A stretch of 62,175 nt of DNA, the filler included. It is 5 parts of 5 records of this genome, joined end to end, with 100 filler letters (N's around TTAATTAATTAA, not from the genome) between each part and the next. Parts side by side here need not be neighbours in the genome. Positions count along the whole stretch, not along the records: positions 11,083 to 42,259 come from SRR31156797_3133; positions 42,360 to 49,333 come from SRR31156797_3150; 3 more parts are not named here. One strand, written 5' to 3'. Position numbers and translations under genes: made by a program. Shown here in pieces: positions 31,426-42,388 of the stretch; position 1 is the stretch's first letter; each line of letters opens with the position of its first letter. The notes below the pieces were generated by a model, which did no database searches, was not told the DNA's origin, and saw only the letters and a list, made by a program, of their open reading frames with translations.

Positions 31426-32125
31426 TCTAATACTGCTTATTGGCTTATTAACAGTTTCATGCGACCTATTTTATGATGAAGGAGAATGGAAAACTGAACA
31501 AAGATTTTTACCCTCATATGAAGCATTAACTATTGAAAGCGTATCAGAAGTTTATTATCATTACTCAGATACATTTTCTGTAGAAATACATTATTACGAT
31601 AAACATCTCTCTGATATCAAAACCAAAATCAACGACAATACATTAACGATACAAAATAATTTTTCCGGTCAAATTTATACCGATATCAGAAACCCGGAGA
31701 TTCACATTTATGCACCTACCCTGCAAAAGATAAACGTAGTGAAAGAAATCGGGGCAGGATTCTTTTGCCTTGATACTATCGTAAATTCAAGTTTCGATAT
31801 TCTATTCGAAGGAGATTTAGTTGAATCCAATACACTAATAAACTGTGAATCGTTAAATATTTCCATTAACAAATCAGCAGGTTATTTCACCCTTGAAGGT
31901 AGAGCAAACAATTGTATTTTTTCGAATAAAGGAGAAACTACGATTAATGCAAAAGAGCTGCAAATCAATTTTTTAGACATTACCCACCAATCATCTTTAG
32001 ATGCTATATTTACAGTTACTGATCAATTAGATTATCGAATTCTAAGAAGTGGAGATTTAATCGTTTGGGGAAATCCTTCAGCTAATGGTGAAATATTGGG
32101 TACAGGAAAACTAATATTGAAATAA
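31382..32125 (+). CDS. GIN / DUF2807-like lipoprotein
   Basis: Lipobox LTVSC, ends with SGDLIVWGNP...GTGKLI. Confidence 0.75.
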   Translation: MSTAIFTFTRFKKINLILLIGLLTVSCDLFYDEGEWKTEQRFLPSYEALTIESVSEVYYHYSDTFSVEIHYYDKHLSDIKTKINDNTLTIQNNFSGQIYTDIRNPEIHIYAPTLQKINVVKEIGAGFFCLDTIVNSSFDILFEGDLVESNTLINCESLNISINKSAGYFTLEGRANNCIFSNKGETTINAKELQINFLDITHQSSLDAIFTVTDQLDYRILRSGDLIVWGNPSANGEILGTGKLILK

Positions 32126-33244
32126 ATGAAAAAAATAATTGTCATATTCATATTAGTTATGCCACTATTAGCGGCGGCCCAGGAAAATTATTCTGAGTTA
32201 AAAAAACGCACCTATTTTGAACTGGAAGGTTTAACCGGAAGTACATGGGCTCATCATGATGCCATCAAATATATTATGCAATACCCACCTTCCGGTGTAA
32301 ATCTGAAAATAGGATTATTAAGTGATGGACATAAAGACTGGCACCAAGATCTAAAATTACCTCGTTATGGATTAGGATATCAATTTGCAACGCTTGGCAG
32401 CGATATTTTGGGTAACTCACATGCAGTTTATTTATTTGTTGAATCAGATATCATAAAAAAGCCAAAATTTCAGTGGTTTTATAACCTTGGTGCAGGTGTA
32501 GGTTTTGTTGATAATCCATATGACCCAGTAACAAACCCTTTAAACATAGTTAATGGTTCTGTTACAAACGCTTACTTGCGCGTATCAACCGGAGCCAACA
32601 TCTTTATTAATAGAAGAAATTCAATTGGCCTTAATGGTGGTTTATTTCACTTATCAAATGGAAACAGCACATTGCCAAACTGGGGAATAAATACACTTTA
32701 TACATCATTAAGCTGGAAATATAAACTATCTGACTCTGTTTACATAAGATCGGCTCAGGATACCAAAAAAACCGGGTATAAACAAAGAGTGACATTATAC
32801 GGTTCGATAGGATTTAAGGAAGAGCGCCCCATTGATGGCGAAAATTATATGATCACCGATATACATGTAAATTACTGGCGAAAACATCGCCCGGCATTTG
32901 CTTGGGGCGCAGGCGCAACCATCTTCTATGATCAATCATCAAAAAAGATGCTTTGGCGCGGAAATTATGAAAATGAGATTGCACTAAATGATTTTGAAGT
33001 CAAAACAAATGACTACCTATCAGCAGTTGTCCATGCTGGATATATGCTTTGTATGCATCCTGTGTATTTTTCTTTTGAATTTGGTGTTTATGTATATTCC
33101 ACTCCCAACCGTGATATTTTAAACCGTTGGTTATTGGAAATATATATTACACACAACACCAGAATTTATGGAGGTCTTAAGTCAAGATTTGGGAAAGCTG
33201 ATTTTATAGAATATGGAGTAGCTTACGATTTATTTAGAAAATAA
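32126..33244 (+). CDS. Acyloxyacyl hydrolase / PagL-like outer-membrane beta-barrel
   Basis: HLSNG catalytic motif, PNWGIN, C-terminal KADFIEYG. Confidence 0.8.
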   Translation: MKKIIVIFILVMPLLAAAQENYSELKKRTYFELEGLTGSTWAHHDAIKYIMQYPPSGVNLKIGLLSDGHKDWHQDLKLPRYGLGYQFATLGSDILGNSHAVYLFVESDIIKKPKFQWFYNLGAGVGFVDNPYDPVTNPLNIVNGSVTNAYLRVSTGANIFINRRNSIGLNGGLFHLSNGNSTLPNWGINTLYTSLSWKYKLSDSVYIRSAQDTKKTGYKQRVTLYGSIGFKEERPIDGENYMITDIHVNYWRKHRPAFAWGAGATIFYDQSSKKMLWRGNYENEIALNDFEVKTNDYLSAVVHAGYMLCMHPVYFSFEFGVYVYSTPNRDILNRWLLEIYITHNTRIYGGLKSRFGKADFIEYGVAYDLFRK

Positions 33245-33249
33245 GAATT

Positions 33250-34224
33250 ATGAGCACCTTACCTGACAAAGCAAAATTTGCAGTTATTAATAAATTTGGA
33301 GGACCAGAGGTCCTTGAAATAGTTGAACATGCGCTTCCCGAAATTAAACCTAACCAAATACTTATTAAAGTTCATGCTGCCAGTATTAATCCAATAGATT
33401 GGAAACAGCGAAAAGGAAATCATAAATTAATTCTTGGTTCTCCATTTCCAATCACATTAGGATATGATGTAAGCGGAACAGTAGTTAAAATAGGCATTAA
33501 GATTAGAAAATTCAAAAAAGGAGATAAAGTTTTCGGGGTACTTAATAATAAATATGGCGGAGCTTATGGTGAGTATGCCAAAGGAATGGAACATTGTTTT
33601 ACCCATATACCTGAAGGTTTCAATATGCTCAATGCTGCAGCATATCCTATGGCAGCATTGACTGCATTTCAGACCTTTAAAAAAATAAATTTAAATCCCG
33701 ACCAAACTGTTTTGATAAATGGAGCATCCGGAGGAGTTGGGCATTTTGCCATTCAAATTGCAAAACTTAAAAAATTAAAAGTTACTGCAGTGGCAAGCGG
33801 GAAAAGCGCTTCGTTTGTTTCAGAACATAAACCGGATAAATTTATAGATTACACTCAACAAGACATATTAAGCATTGATGAAAAATTTGATTTATTTTAT
33901 GATGCCATTGGTATTTATAGTTTCAAAAAAACAAAACACCTATTGAAAAACAACGGTACTTATCTAAATCTCAACTATTTGAATTCATTAAAGCAAATGC
34001 CTTTGAATAGAATTCGTCAAATATTTACCAATGGCAAGAAAGCCGATACGCTATTAATGAAACACATGCCAGAGGATTTAGAAATTATTAAAAACTGGAT
34101 GGCTGAAAGAAAACTAAAAGCTCACATTGATGAATTTTTTAAGTTAGAAGAAATACGAGAAGCACATAAATACGCTCAGAATGGTCATACAAAAGGCAAG
34201 AACATAATAATAATGCCAGAATGA
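33250..34224 (+). CDS. NADPH:quinone oxidoreductase-like MDR enzyme
   Basis: SINPIDWK, GYDVSG, GASGGVG, GHTKGK. Confidence 0.88.
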   Translation: MSTLPDKAKFAVINKFGGPEVLEIVEHALPEIKPNQILIKVHAASINPIDWKQRKGNHKLILGSPFPITLGYDVSGTVVKIGIKIRKFKKGDKVFGVLNNKYGGAYGEYAKGMEHCFTHIPEGFNMLNAAAYPMAALTAFQTFKKINLNPDQTVLINGASGGVGHFAIQIAKLKKLKVTAVASGKSASFVSEHKPDKFIDYTQQDILSIDEKFDLFYDAIGIYSFKKTKHLLKNNGTYLNLNYLNSLKQMPLNRIRQIFTNGKKADTLLMKHMPEDLEIIKNWMAERKLKAHIDEFFKLEEIREAHKYAQNGHTKGKNIIIMPE

Positions 34225-34448
34225 AAGAACATTTCCTTCTTGAGTTAATCAACACTCAAATGCCTTTTGGAAAATATAAAGGCCGTTACTTATACCAATT
34301 ACCTGAACCTTACCTTGTATGGTTTCATCAGAAAGGTTTTCCTGAAGGTAAATTAGGAATGATGCTCAATACGATGTATGAAATAAAACTTAATGGATTA
34401 GAATATTTGTTGAAACCTCTAATTAAGTCGAAGCAACGGCGGACCTAG
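34221..34448 (+). CDS. DUF3820 family protein
   Basis: MPFGKYKGR...LPEPYLVWF...EIKLNGL. Confidence 0.88.
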   Translation: MKEHFLLELINTQMPFGKYKGRYLYQLPEPYLVWFHQKGFPEGKLGMMLNTMYEIKLNGLEYLLKPLIKSKQRRT

Positions 34449-34935
34449 CCTCTACTTTTTGATTAAACATTTCATTCAACACTTTTTCCCTGTATTTAAA
34501 TATTTTACGTAATTGAGGTTTAACAATAATAGGATGTACTATTCTTCCTAGAAATCCCATTGGCAACTTATAACTAATTTTATCTTTCATTAACACACCT
34601 TCCTCATGTGGAAAAATATGGTGTTCATGATGCCACATTTTGTAGGGCCCAAATCTTTGTTCATCAACAAAATACTGACCTTGCAATACATGAGTAATTT
34701 CAGTTACCCAGTTTGTCTTCACACCTGGAAAAGGATAAACTTTATAAGAAATAATTTGTCCCGGAAACATTGGTTCAGGATCACCGGAAGTAATTTTAAA
34801 GCCCATATCAGGCGGTGTTATTATTGCAAGGTTTGAAGGGTTAGATAATAAATCCCAGGCAGCTTTCATTGTAGTATTTAATACTTGCGTGGCTTCTAGT
34901 GTATATATACCGCTATGATGTTTAAATCGTATCAT
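34423..34935 (-). CDS. SRPBCC family protein
   Basis: PSNLAIITP, WVTEITHV, FVDEQRFGPYKMWHHEH; ATG 34935 preferred. Confidence 0.88.
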   Translation of the reverse strand: MIRFKHHSGIYTLEATQVLNTTMKAAWDLLSNPSNLAIITPPDMGFKITSGDPEPMFPGQIISYKVYPFPGVKTNWVTEITHVLQGQYFVDEQRFGPYKMWHHEHHIFPHEEGVLMKDKISYKLPMGFLGRIVHPIIVKPQLRKIFKYREKVLNEMFNQKVEARSAVAST

Positions 34936-35021
34936 TTTGTTTAATATTTCATTATAATAGTTAAACAAAAATAAATACAGTATGTTTAATCAAGCTTCAA
35001 AGTGTTAATTATAAAACAAAT

Positions 35022-35049
35022 AAAAAAGCTGCCAAATCTGACAGCTTTT
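35022..35049 (-). terminator. Terminator after nhaD
   Basis: AAAAAAGCTG...CAGCTTTT inverted repeat with U-tract on the minus strand. Confidence 0.65.
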
Positions 35050-35068
35050 CACATATTATAAATTTTAT

Positions 35069-36502
35069 TTATGCAAATATTAAATAGTAGACTGCCGCTC
35101 CGGCAAGATATCCAACTATAGCAAGTAGTGAGATCTTTTTCAGGTACCAAATGAAATCAATTTTCTCCAATCCCATTGCAGCGACACCGGCAGCTGAACC
35201 AATAATTAGTATACTACCTCCTGTTCCTGCACAATATGCAAGAAATTCCCAAAACTGACCATTTACATGGAAAAATGCTTCATAACCTCCTGTAGCCAAA
35301 TCAGTAATAGGATACATACCCATTGCTCCGGCCACAAGTGGCACATTATCAACAATTGCAGAAAGCACTCCAATAGCCAGATTAATAGCATATATATTTC
35401 CTAATGATTCATCTAAGAATCCAGCTAGTAAAGCAAGATGCCCGGCACTTTGAAGCGCAGCTACAGCGGATAAAATTCCAAGGAAGAAGAAAATTGTTGC
35501 TGTATCTATTTTCTGAAGAATGCGCACAACAGTTAATTTCTTTTTCTCTTCTTGAGTTTTGTTTCGATGCATAATTTCAGTAGTAAACCATAATACACCT
35601 AGACCGAATAGCATTCCCATGTAAGGGGGCAAATGTGTTATGGTTTTAAATACAGGCACAAATAAAAGAGCACTTACTCCCAATGAAAGAATAAAAACTT
35701 GCTCTTTGCGAGTTGTATATTCAATATCTCCATTTTCGATCACAGGTCTTGTAACATTGCCCTTCATTGTGAATGAAACAATTAATAAAGGTGCAATCAT
35801 TGTAGCCAAACTCGGAACAATTAGATTTACAATAATATGTGAAGCTTCAACTTGTCCTCCAATCCATAACATAATTGTGGTTACATCTCCAATCGGCGAC
35901 CATGCTCCTCCGGCATTGGCTGCCAACACCACCATACTGGCAAAGAACCATCTGGTTTTTTTATCTTCAATAAGTTTCCTTAATAGTGCAACAAGTACAA
36001 TGGTAGTAGTAAGGTTATCTAAAGCTGCAGACATGAAGAAAGTAAGAATACTTAAAATCCATAAAAGCTTAACTTTATTAGTTGTTTTGATCTTATCTGT
36101 AATAACTTTAAAACCATCATGCTGATCAACAATTTCTACAATTGTCATGGCTCCAAGTAAGAAGAATAAAATTTCCGCAATTTCAATGAGATGATGTTCT
36201 AAATCGTGCTTTACAAAATGAGTTACATCGTGAGCTGACGCAACAACGCCATCAAAATTCCTCATATGCTCATGATCAACATTTGGCTTAATAAACTGCA
36301 TTATGTCGTGTGCCATGCTTTGCACAGCCTCCCATGCCGGACTAATATCCATTGATAAAATTCCAGCAGAATTTAAAGCGTAGAGACCCCATAAAATTGC
36401 TCCGGTAAGCAATGCAGATGCAGCTTTATCAATTTTAAGAGGGTGTTCGAGTGCAATGGCGGTGTACCCAAGCACAAATATTACAACCATTAATATAAAC
36501 AT
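35069..36502 (-). CDS. nhaD: Na+/H+ antiporter NhaD
   Basis: LDNLTT, ANAGGAWSPIGDVTT, VDNVPLV, GTGGSILIIGSAAG; TAACTTTG promoter at 36532-36539. Confidence 0.92.
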   Translation of the reverse strand: MFILMVVIFVLGYTAIALEHPLKIDKAASALLTGAILWGLYALNSAGILSMDISPAWEAVQSMAHDIMQFIKPNVDHEHMRNFDGVVASAHDVTHFVKHDLEHHLIEIAEILFFLLGAMTIVEIVDQHDGFKVITDKIKTTNKVKLLWILSILTFFMSAALDNLTTTIVLVALLRKLIEDKKTRWFFASMVVLAANAGGAWSPIGDVTTIMLWIGGQVEASHIIVNLIVPSLATMIAPLLIVSFTMKGNVTRPVIENGDIEYTTRKEQVFILSLGVSALLFVPVFKTITHLPPYMGMLFGLGVLWFTTEIMHRNKTQEEKKKLTVVRILQKIDTATIFFFLGILSAVAALQSAGHLALLAGFLDESLGNIYAINLAIGVLSAIVDNVPLVAGAMGMYPITDLATGGYEAFFHVNGQFWEFLAYCAGTGGSILIIGSAAGVAAMGLEKIDFIWYLKKISLLAIVGYLAGAAVYYLIFA

Positions 36503-36599
36503 AGTTATATGTTTTAAAGTTAATAAAAGCGCAAAGTTAGCAATATGTTAAAAAATTTAGTTGAGGTAGATCAGAATTTTTTATGCTTTTCCGCAATCA

Positions 36600-39500
36600 C
36601 TAGTTTGAATCTTTTTTTTCAGGCTTTTTACCAAAGAATTTTTGCCACAACTCAGCAAGTGTATTAAACTCCTCTTTGTAAAATATACCAACACCTTGGG
36701 TCGATTCAGCTTCGGTATATATATCCTCATTAGATTTTGCATAAGCTTTTACACGCACCTTTCCTGATCTGTTTAGTTTTACATCCACCTGGAAGTCTCC
36801 TGCAATATTTGAAGTATTCTCAGCATCAGCAGCATCTACTTGTTGGCCTCCAACTCCCAAATTTGATTGTATGGTTACCCTATTATTTAGCAATTGAGTT
36901 GACACTGCAACTTCATACTCTTGCGAAGCAACCTCATCGCCGGGGGTGTAGTTAAATCCAATATCGAAAGAGCCCGAAATTTGCGATAGCCAATTACTTA
37001 CCTGATTTGAAAGTAATTCACTAGCATTACTTTCCATTCCAAAGCTTTCAGTTTTTGCAGCTGTTTGGGCACCGGGTAGTGGTAGGAATCTGTTCATAAC
37101 GAGCAATGATAGAACTTGCTTGTTCATATCCTCCTGCGCCAAGTTATTTAGTTGCTCTTGCACTTCCTCAATCGAAGCAGGCAGATCCAGACTAAACCCA
37201 ATTTGAGGAGTCTCCAAACCACCAGTCATCGTAAGATGTGTTTCTACAGGCACAACAATCTCTTGATGATCAGGATTAAAAGTTAAATCATATATAGAAG
37301 CTCTTCTCACCCTGTAAATGGCATCAATATTCACAATAGCGTCCATCGGATCGCCTGCCCATGAAATACTACTACCCTTTGCAATTGTCAAATGCTTTTG
37401 GAAAACATCTTGCAATGTAAACAGGTAATCTCCTTTATCAATTATATAATCTCCATATATTGTTAAATCGCCGGATTTATCCATTGCAATATTTAAATCG
37501 GCTGACCCGCGACTTTTTATAATATCACCTATCTTACTATCAAAAATAATTTGTACTTCAGCATCGGGCGTAACAATGAGATTCATCTCAATACCCATAG
37601 CTGCTTCTGATTTTTCTTCAACTTCTTCCTTTTGAACAATTTGTCTTCTGTAAAGTGTAGTATCAGGTTGCTTAAACGTTATAAAATCGTATTCTGAAAC
37701 TTCTTCGCTACTTTCTAGTGGAATAAATATCTTGGTGTTTTTATCTGTTTTCATGGATATTTCTACATCCATATCTTCAAGCGATCCCCTAATACGTGTT
37801 TTCCCGGAGGCAAATACAGTTCCGAAAAAAGTATCATTGTCCTGACGCCTGGTATTCAAAAACATCAGGTTCCGCGAATTAAAATCAATATTTATAGCAA
37901 TATCATTGAAATTTTCATGGGTGATTTTACCATTGATGTGACCAAAATGATCATACTGATCTGTAATTCGTAGATCATTGAAATAGATAGCATCAGGAGC
38001 AATATCAAACCAGTCGGTAATTTCATACCGTGTCTGCGTGTAATCAAGAGTAAAGGCTGTTCTATCAAAAATCACAACACCTCTGAATGATGGCTTATCA
38101 GTTGTTCCTTTTAAAATAACTTCAGCAGTTGTATAACCTTTTAAATCATGTAACACACCCTCAAGATATGGTTCAAGAATACTTAAATTAAATCTGTCAA
38201 CAAATATCCTAAAGTTCATCCTGCTATTGCTAGGATCGTAATCTCCAACAATATTTAGCACCTCTGTCTCCATAATACTTGACAGCCACTCAAGGTGAAT
38301 CATTTCCAAAAATGGATCCCATTCTGTTGAAACTTTCGTATCACCAATTAATTGACCATTGATCGTTAGCTTATCCAATTCCACTTTAGAACCAATAAAT
38401 GGACTGGCATATACCTGAGCTATTTTAACATCAGCATTCAATATACCTTCTACATTAAGTCCGGTGCCTTGTGTAAAAAGATTAACAGGTGAAATGTTTA
38501 CGTTTCGAGCATTAATTTGTAGTGTATCTTTAATGTTTTCCGATACTGCGCCTTCCAATTCCAGAAATTGATATCCATTCTGTACGCTAAAATCCTGAAA
38601 TGTATACGAAGACGAATCAACAATTATTTTACTTCGACTAATATTCCACAATGTATCAGCTATTACCACATAAGATGGTTCAAGGTTCATCGAAAAATGT
38701 TCAAATCTATTGGTATCCTCTTCAGTAAAATAAATGGCTGTGCTTATGTTTCCACTATAAATTGCTGAATCTGTATAAATACTATTGTCCCAATTTACAT
38801 TGAGGTCAATAGAATCAGTTTTTACAATTGTATTTAATTTAAGATCGGTGAGGGCATAATCACCGGCATAATTAAACTTATGACTTGACACAATAGTATG
38901 AATACGATCAGAACTATTAAAAGCTCTAAAGTTCAATTCATTTAATTTCATACCCGCCACCTCAACAAATTCACTTTTACCTTCTACCAACAATAGATTA
39001 TCTAACCTGTTAAATCGACCGGAAAAACTCGTATTATTACTCACAACAACCTCTGGAATAAACAATTGCACCAGTGGCTGAATATTAATCATATCCAACG
39101 AAAATGTAAAATTGGTTTCTTCTGCAGGTTTCGAAACGGTATCCCAGGCTACTTGAGGACTATATTGTGCCACCATTTGACTAATAGCCGGTGAAAGATC
39201 AGTATACTCATACCTACCACTCAAGTTTAAATCGAGATAATCTGATTTAATAGAAAGCGTTCGTTTGAAATTTTCTTTTAACGCATCAACTACTAATTCA
39301 TGCAGGTAAATTGAATCGCCTCCCCTTTTAAAGTGCAAATCGAGGATATTAAGGTTTCCGGAGATTTCATTAGGATCAAGGCCTTCTATATTAGCCATTA
39401 TATCACAACTCAATTGAGAAATACTATCCGTATCAAATTGTAAAATTGCAAGATCAGCTTTGTGAACATTAACTAAAAATCGATGAGCAGGACTTTCTGT

Positions 39501-41033
39501 TCCATATTCAAAATACCCTGTAAAGTCCATGTTAAGATGCGTATCATCAATATTTATGTCCCCATCGAAAGCTTTTTCTGTAAGTGTGCCAATAATATCA
39601 ATTCCCTTAATTCGATAACCATTCAAGTCAAAGTATTGAATATCAGAGTTAAGCTTTGCAGAAAAGCTGCCATCCGTTAGAAACTTACCGTTTAATTTTA
39701 TTTTTAGCGCGGTTTTGCCAAAAGTGCTATAATCATCTGCTAATTGATCAATAGCCAACTGATGAACATTAAGCGCTCCATCAATTTCTATTGAGGCATC
39801 TTCATTTTGGCGATATGCAGCATTGGTACTAATTACCCCTAAATTTGTATAAATAGTACCATCTGCCACAAGATCAGTCATAAACCCATTAATGTCTCCG
39901 CGAAATTTAAAATAAGATATTAATTCTGGAATAGGTGGTTCATTTTGCTCATCTAAGAGGATTGGCAGGAATTTCAAATCATTTCTATATCCTTCTAATT
40001 GATGAACATTCACCATCAGGAACATATTCTCCACGTCGGGTAATCCTCGTACTGAAAAACTAGTTTGAAGGTAAGTAGAATCCGTAATATTCACTTTAAC
40101 ATTCTTACCTCTCAATCGACTTACAGGACCTTCAATTTCACCGCTAAGCCTCACATCAAAATTAAGTGTTTCCAATTCAGGAACAATTCGCGCCAGGTCG
40201 TATGATCTAATACGAGCGTTTTGGATAACACTTTTTAAGTTAACCTGATTCAAAAAGTCTCCCATTTTATCAAACCCATTAAAAAGCAAACTTTGCTCAC
40301 TGGCGTAAATATACGTACTATCAAATCTCAAGCTAAAATCTTTAAATTGAATACCAACAGAATCCATTGAAAACTCACCTCTTAATGTATCAACTTTCAA
40401 TCCGCTTTGCTCTTTGAAAGACATCAAATTGACATCCATATAAACATCAGCATTTATTAATTTGAAATCTTCAGCATCGAGATTTATATTTTGCAAATAC
40501 AAGTCTTCGAAATTTACTCCTTTGGTATTATTTTCAGAACCGTATGATTTAATTCTAAAACGTGTTTTCCTGATATCAACTTTCCCAATTCCCAATGTAA
40601 ATGCACCCGAAGAAGTATCTACTTTTGTTGTATCCTTTCCCACCAACTTATCTAGAAAACGATTCAAATTGAGTGTTCCAGTACTATCTTCAACAAAATA
40701 AATTTTAGCAGAATCTATTTCAAGGCTTGACAACCAAATATTAGAATTTTTTATATCGATCCAATTAATAGCCGTTTCTAGCTTATTTACATAAAAAAGT
40801 GTATCCTGATGATCATCACTTAAATAAACTTCTCGTAATTCAATTGAACGAAACGGTTTAAAATAAATATGACCAATTTCAATCTTCGAATTAGTCATTT
40901 TTTCAAGATAAGAAGCGACGTAATTGGTTATAAATGTTTGAAAAGTACTGCTCAACATAGCCATATATAGAGCAAATGGCAATGTGAACAGGAATATAAT
41001 AATCCAAACTAATATGTATCTTCTTTTTTTAAT
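36600..41033 (-). CDS. tamB: Translocation/assembly module TamB (DUF490)
   Basis: About 1470-aa beta-rich protein with C-terminal DUF490-like region (WAGDPMDA...TQGVGIFYKEEF), divergent from tsaD. The start is extended from TTG 40982 to ATT 41033 by inference. Confidence 0.85.
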   Translation of the reverse strand: MKKRRYILVWIIIFLFTLPFALYMAMLSSTFQTFITNYVASYLEKMTNSKIEIGHIYFKPFRSIELREVYLSDDHQDTLFYVNKLETAINWIDIKNSNIWLSSLEIDSAKIYFVEDSTGTLNLNRFLDKLVGKDTTKVDTSSGAFTLGIGKVDIRKTRFRIKSYGSENNTKGVNFEDLYLQNINLDAEDFKLINADVYMDVNLMSFKEQSGLKVDTLRGEFSMDSVGIQFKDFSLRFDSTYIYASEQSLLFNGFDKMGDFLNQVNLKSVIQNARIRSYDLARIVPELETLNFDVRLSGEIEGPVSRLRGKNVKVNITDSTYLQTSFSVRGLPDVENMFLMVNVHQLEGYRNDLKFLPILLDEQNEPPIPELISYFKFRGDINGFMTDLVADGTIYTNLGVISTNAAYRQNEDASIEIDGALNVHQLAIDQLADDYSTFGKTALKIKLNGKFLTDGSFSAKLNSDIQYFDLNGYRIKGIDIIGTLTEKAFDGDINIDDTHLNMDFTGYFEYGTESPAHRFLVNVHKADLAILQFDTDSISQLSCDIMANIEGLDPNEISGNLNILDLHFKRGGDSIYLHELVVDALKENFKRTLSIKSDYLDLNLSGRYEYTDLSPAISQMVAQYSPQVAWDTVSKPAEETNFTFSLDMINIQPLVQLFIPEVVVSNNTSFSGRFNRLDNLLLVEGKSEFVEVAGMKLNELNFRAFNSSDRIHTIVSSHKFNYAGDYALTDLKLNTIVKTDSIDLNVNWDNSIYTDSAIYSGNISTAIYFTEEDTNRFEHFSMNLEPSYVVIADTLWNISRSKIIVDSSSYTFQDFSVQNGYQFLELEGAVSENIKDTLQINARNVNISPVNLFTQGTGLNVEGILNADVKIAQVYASPFIGSKVELDKLTINGQLIGDTKVSTEWDPFLEMIHLEWLSSIMETEVLNIVGDYDPSNSRMNFRIFVDRFNLSILEPYLEGVLHDLKGYTTAEVILKGTTDKPSFRGVVIFDRTAFTLDYTQTRYEITDWFDIAPDAIYFNDLRITDQYDHFGHINGKITHENFNDIAINIDFNSRNLMFLNTRRQDNDTFFGTVFASGKTRIRGSLEDMDVEISMKTDKNTKIFIPLESSEEVSEYDFITFKQPDTTLYRRQIVQKEEVEEKSEAAMGIEMNLIVTPDAEVQIIFDSKIGDIIKSRGSADLNIAMDKSGDLTIYGDYIIDKGDYLFTLQDVFQKHLTIAKGSSISWAGDPMDAIVNIDAIYRVRRASIYDLTFNPDHQEIVVPVETHLTMTGGLETPQIGFSLDLPASIEEVQEQLNNLAQEDMNKQVLSLLVMNRFLPLPGAQTAAKTESFGMESNASELLSNQVSNWLSQISGSFDIGFNYTPGDEVASQEYEVAVSTQLLNNRVTIQSNLGVGGQQVDAADAENTSNIAGDFQVDVKLNRSGKVRVKAYAKSNEDIYTEAESTQGVGIFYKEEFNTLAELWQKFFGKKPEKKDSN

Positions 41034-41187
41034 ACTTTTGTGCTTTAGTTTGCAAATTTAAAGTAGTCACACATAATTTAAGTGTTTAATTGGTCAAAAT
41101 AACCGCTTTCAATGAAAAAAACACAAGTTTAGGCGCTTTTTTTGCATATTGTATGCTAGTTTTTTACAACAACAGTGATTTTTTAAC

Positions 41188-42210
41188 ATGGACGATATAA
41201 ACATTTTAGGTATAGAATCATCTTGCGACGATACAAGTGCCGCTGTAATTCAAAACGGCGTCATCAGATCAAATGTTGTTTCATCGCAAGCTGTACATGA
41301 GCAATATGGTGGAGTAGTACCTGAATTAGCAAGCCGTGCACACCAACAGAACATTATACCAGTTGTGGACAAGGCTATCAAAGATGCTGGAATGGAGCCA
41401 TCAGATATTTCAGCCCTTGCATTCACACGAGGACCTGGTTTACTTGGATCACTGTTAGTTGGCACTTCATTTGCTAAAGGATTTGCCCTTTCATTGAATA
41501 TCCCGTTGATTGAAGTCAATCACTTACAAGCCCATGTTTTAGCTCATTTTATAAAAGACAATCGGGAAGACGAAAATCTGCCTAAATTTCCATTCCTATG
41601 TTTACTTGTATCTGGCGGTCATAGTCAAATTATTGTGGTAAAAGATTACCTTAACATGGAGATTATTGGCACATCAATAGATGACGCAGCAGGCGAAGCT
41701 TTTGACAAATGTGCAAAGATCATGAATTTGGGATATCCGGGAGGTCCACTAATTGATAAGCTGGCTAAAGAAGGAAACCCTGAAGCATTTAAATTTAACA
41801 AACCAAAAATTGAAAACCTTGATTATAGCTTCAGTGGATTAAAAACTTCGTTCCTTTATTTCTTGCGCGATAGAATGAATGAGGATGAAAACTTTATTGA
41901 AAAAAACAGAAATGATCTTTGTGCTTCATTGCAAAAGACCATTATTGATATATTGATGAATAAGTTTCGTAAAGCAGTAAAACAAACCGGAGTTAAAGAA
42001 ATTGCAGTAGCAGGAGGCGTAAGTGCAAATAGTGGATTAAGATCAGCTTTAGAAGCATATGCAAAAAAAGCAAACCTAAAGCTTTTTATCCCCAAATTTG
42101 CATATACAACTGACAATGCAGCTATGATAGCTATAACAGGTTTATTTAAATATCAGCAAAAAGACTTTGCTTCGCATGATATTACACCTGAAGCAAGAAT
42201 GAAATTCTAA
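41188..42210 (+). CDS. tsaD: tRNA threonylcarbamoyladenosine synthase TsaD
   Basis: GIESSCDDT, GGVVPELASRAH, HLQAH, DDAAGEAFDK, TDNAAMI. Confidence 0.97.
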   Translation: MDDINILGIESSCDDTSAAVIQNGVIRSNVVSSQAVHEQYGGVVPELASRAHQQNIIPVVDKAIKDAGMEPSDISALAFTRGPGLLGSLLVGTSFAKGFALSLNIPLIEVNHLQAHVLAHFIKDNREDENLPKFPFLCLLVSGGHSQIIVVKDYLNMEIIGTSIDDAAGEAFDKCAKIMNLGYPGGPLIDKLAKEGNPEAFKFNKPKIENLDYSFSGLKTSFLYFLRDRMNEDENFIEKNRNDLCASLQKTIIDILMNKFRKAVKQTGVKEIAVAGGVSANSGLRSALEAYAKKANLKLFIPKFAYTTDNAAMIAITGLFKYQQKDFASHDITPEARMKF

Positions 42211-42259
42211 AAACAGAAGACTGAAGATAGAGAACTAAGAGACTTAAGGGAACTAAGAG

Positions 42260-42359
42260 NNNNNNNNNNNNNNNNNNNNNNNNNNNNNNNNNNNNNNNNN
42301 NNNTTAATTAATTAANNNNNNNNNNNNNNNNNNNNNNNNNNNNNNNNNNNNNNNNNNNN
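42260..42359. other. Artificial contig spacer
   Basis: N-run, TTAATTAATTAA, N-run. Confidence 0.98.
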
Positions 42360-42388
42360 AAACTGTAAACAAAAATCAGGACGAGTCA

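Noticed and set aside
34423..34448. 26-nt convergent overlap of DUF3820 and SRPBCC as a toxin-antitoxin or antisense pair
   Set aside because: Short tail-to-tail overlaps are common and neither gene looks like a TA component
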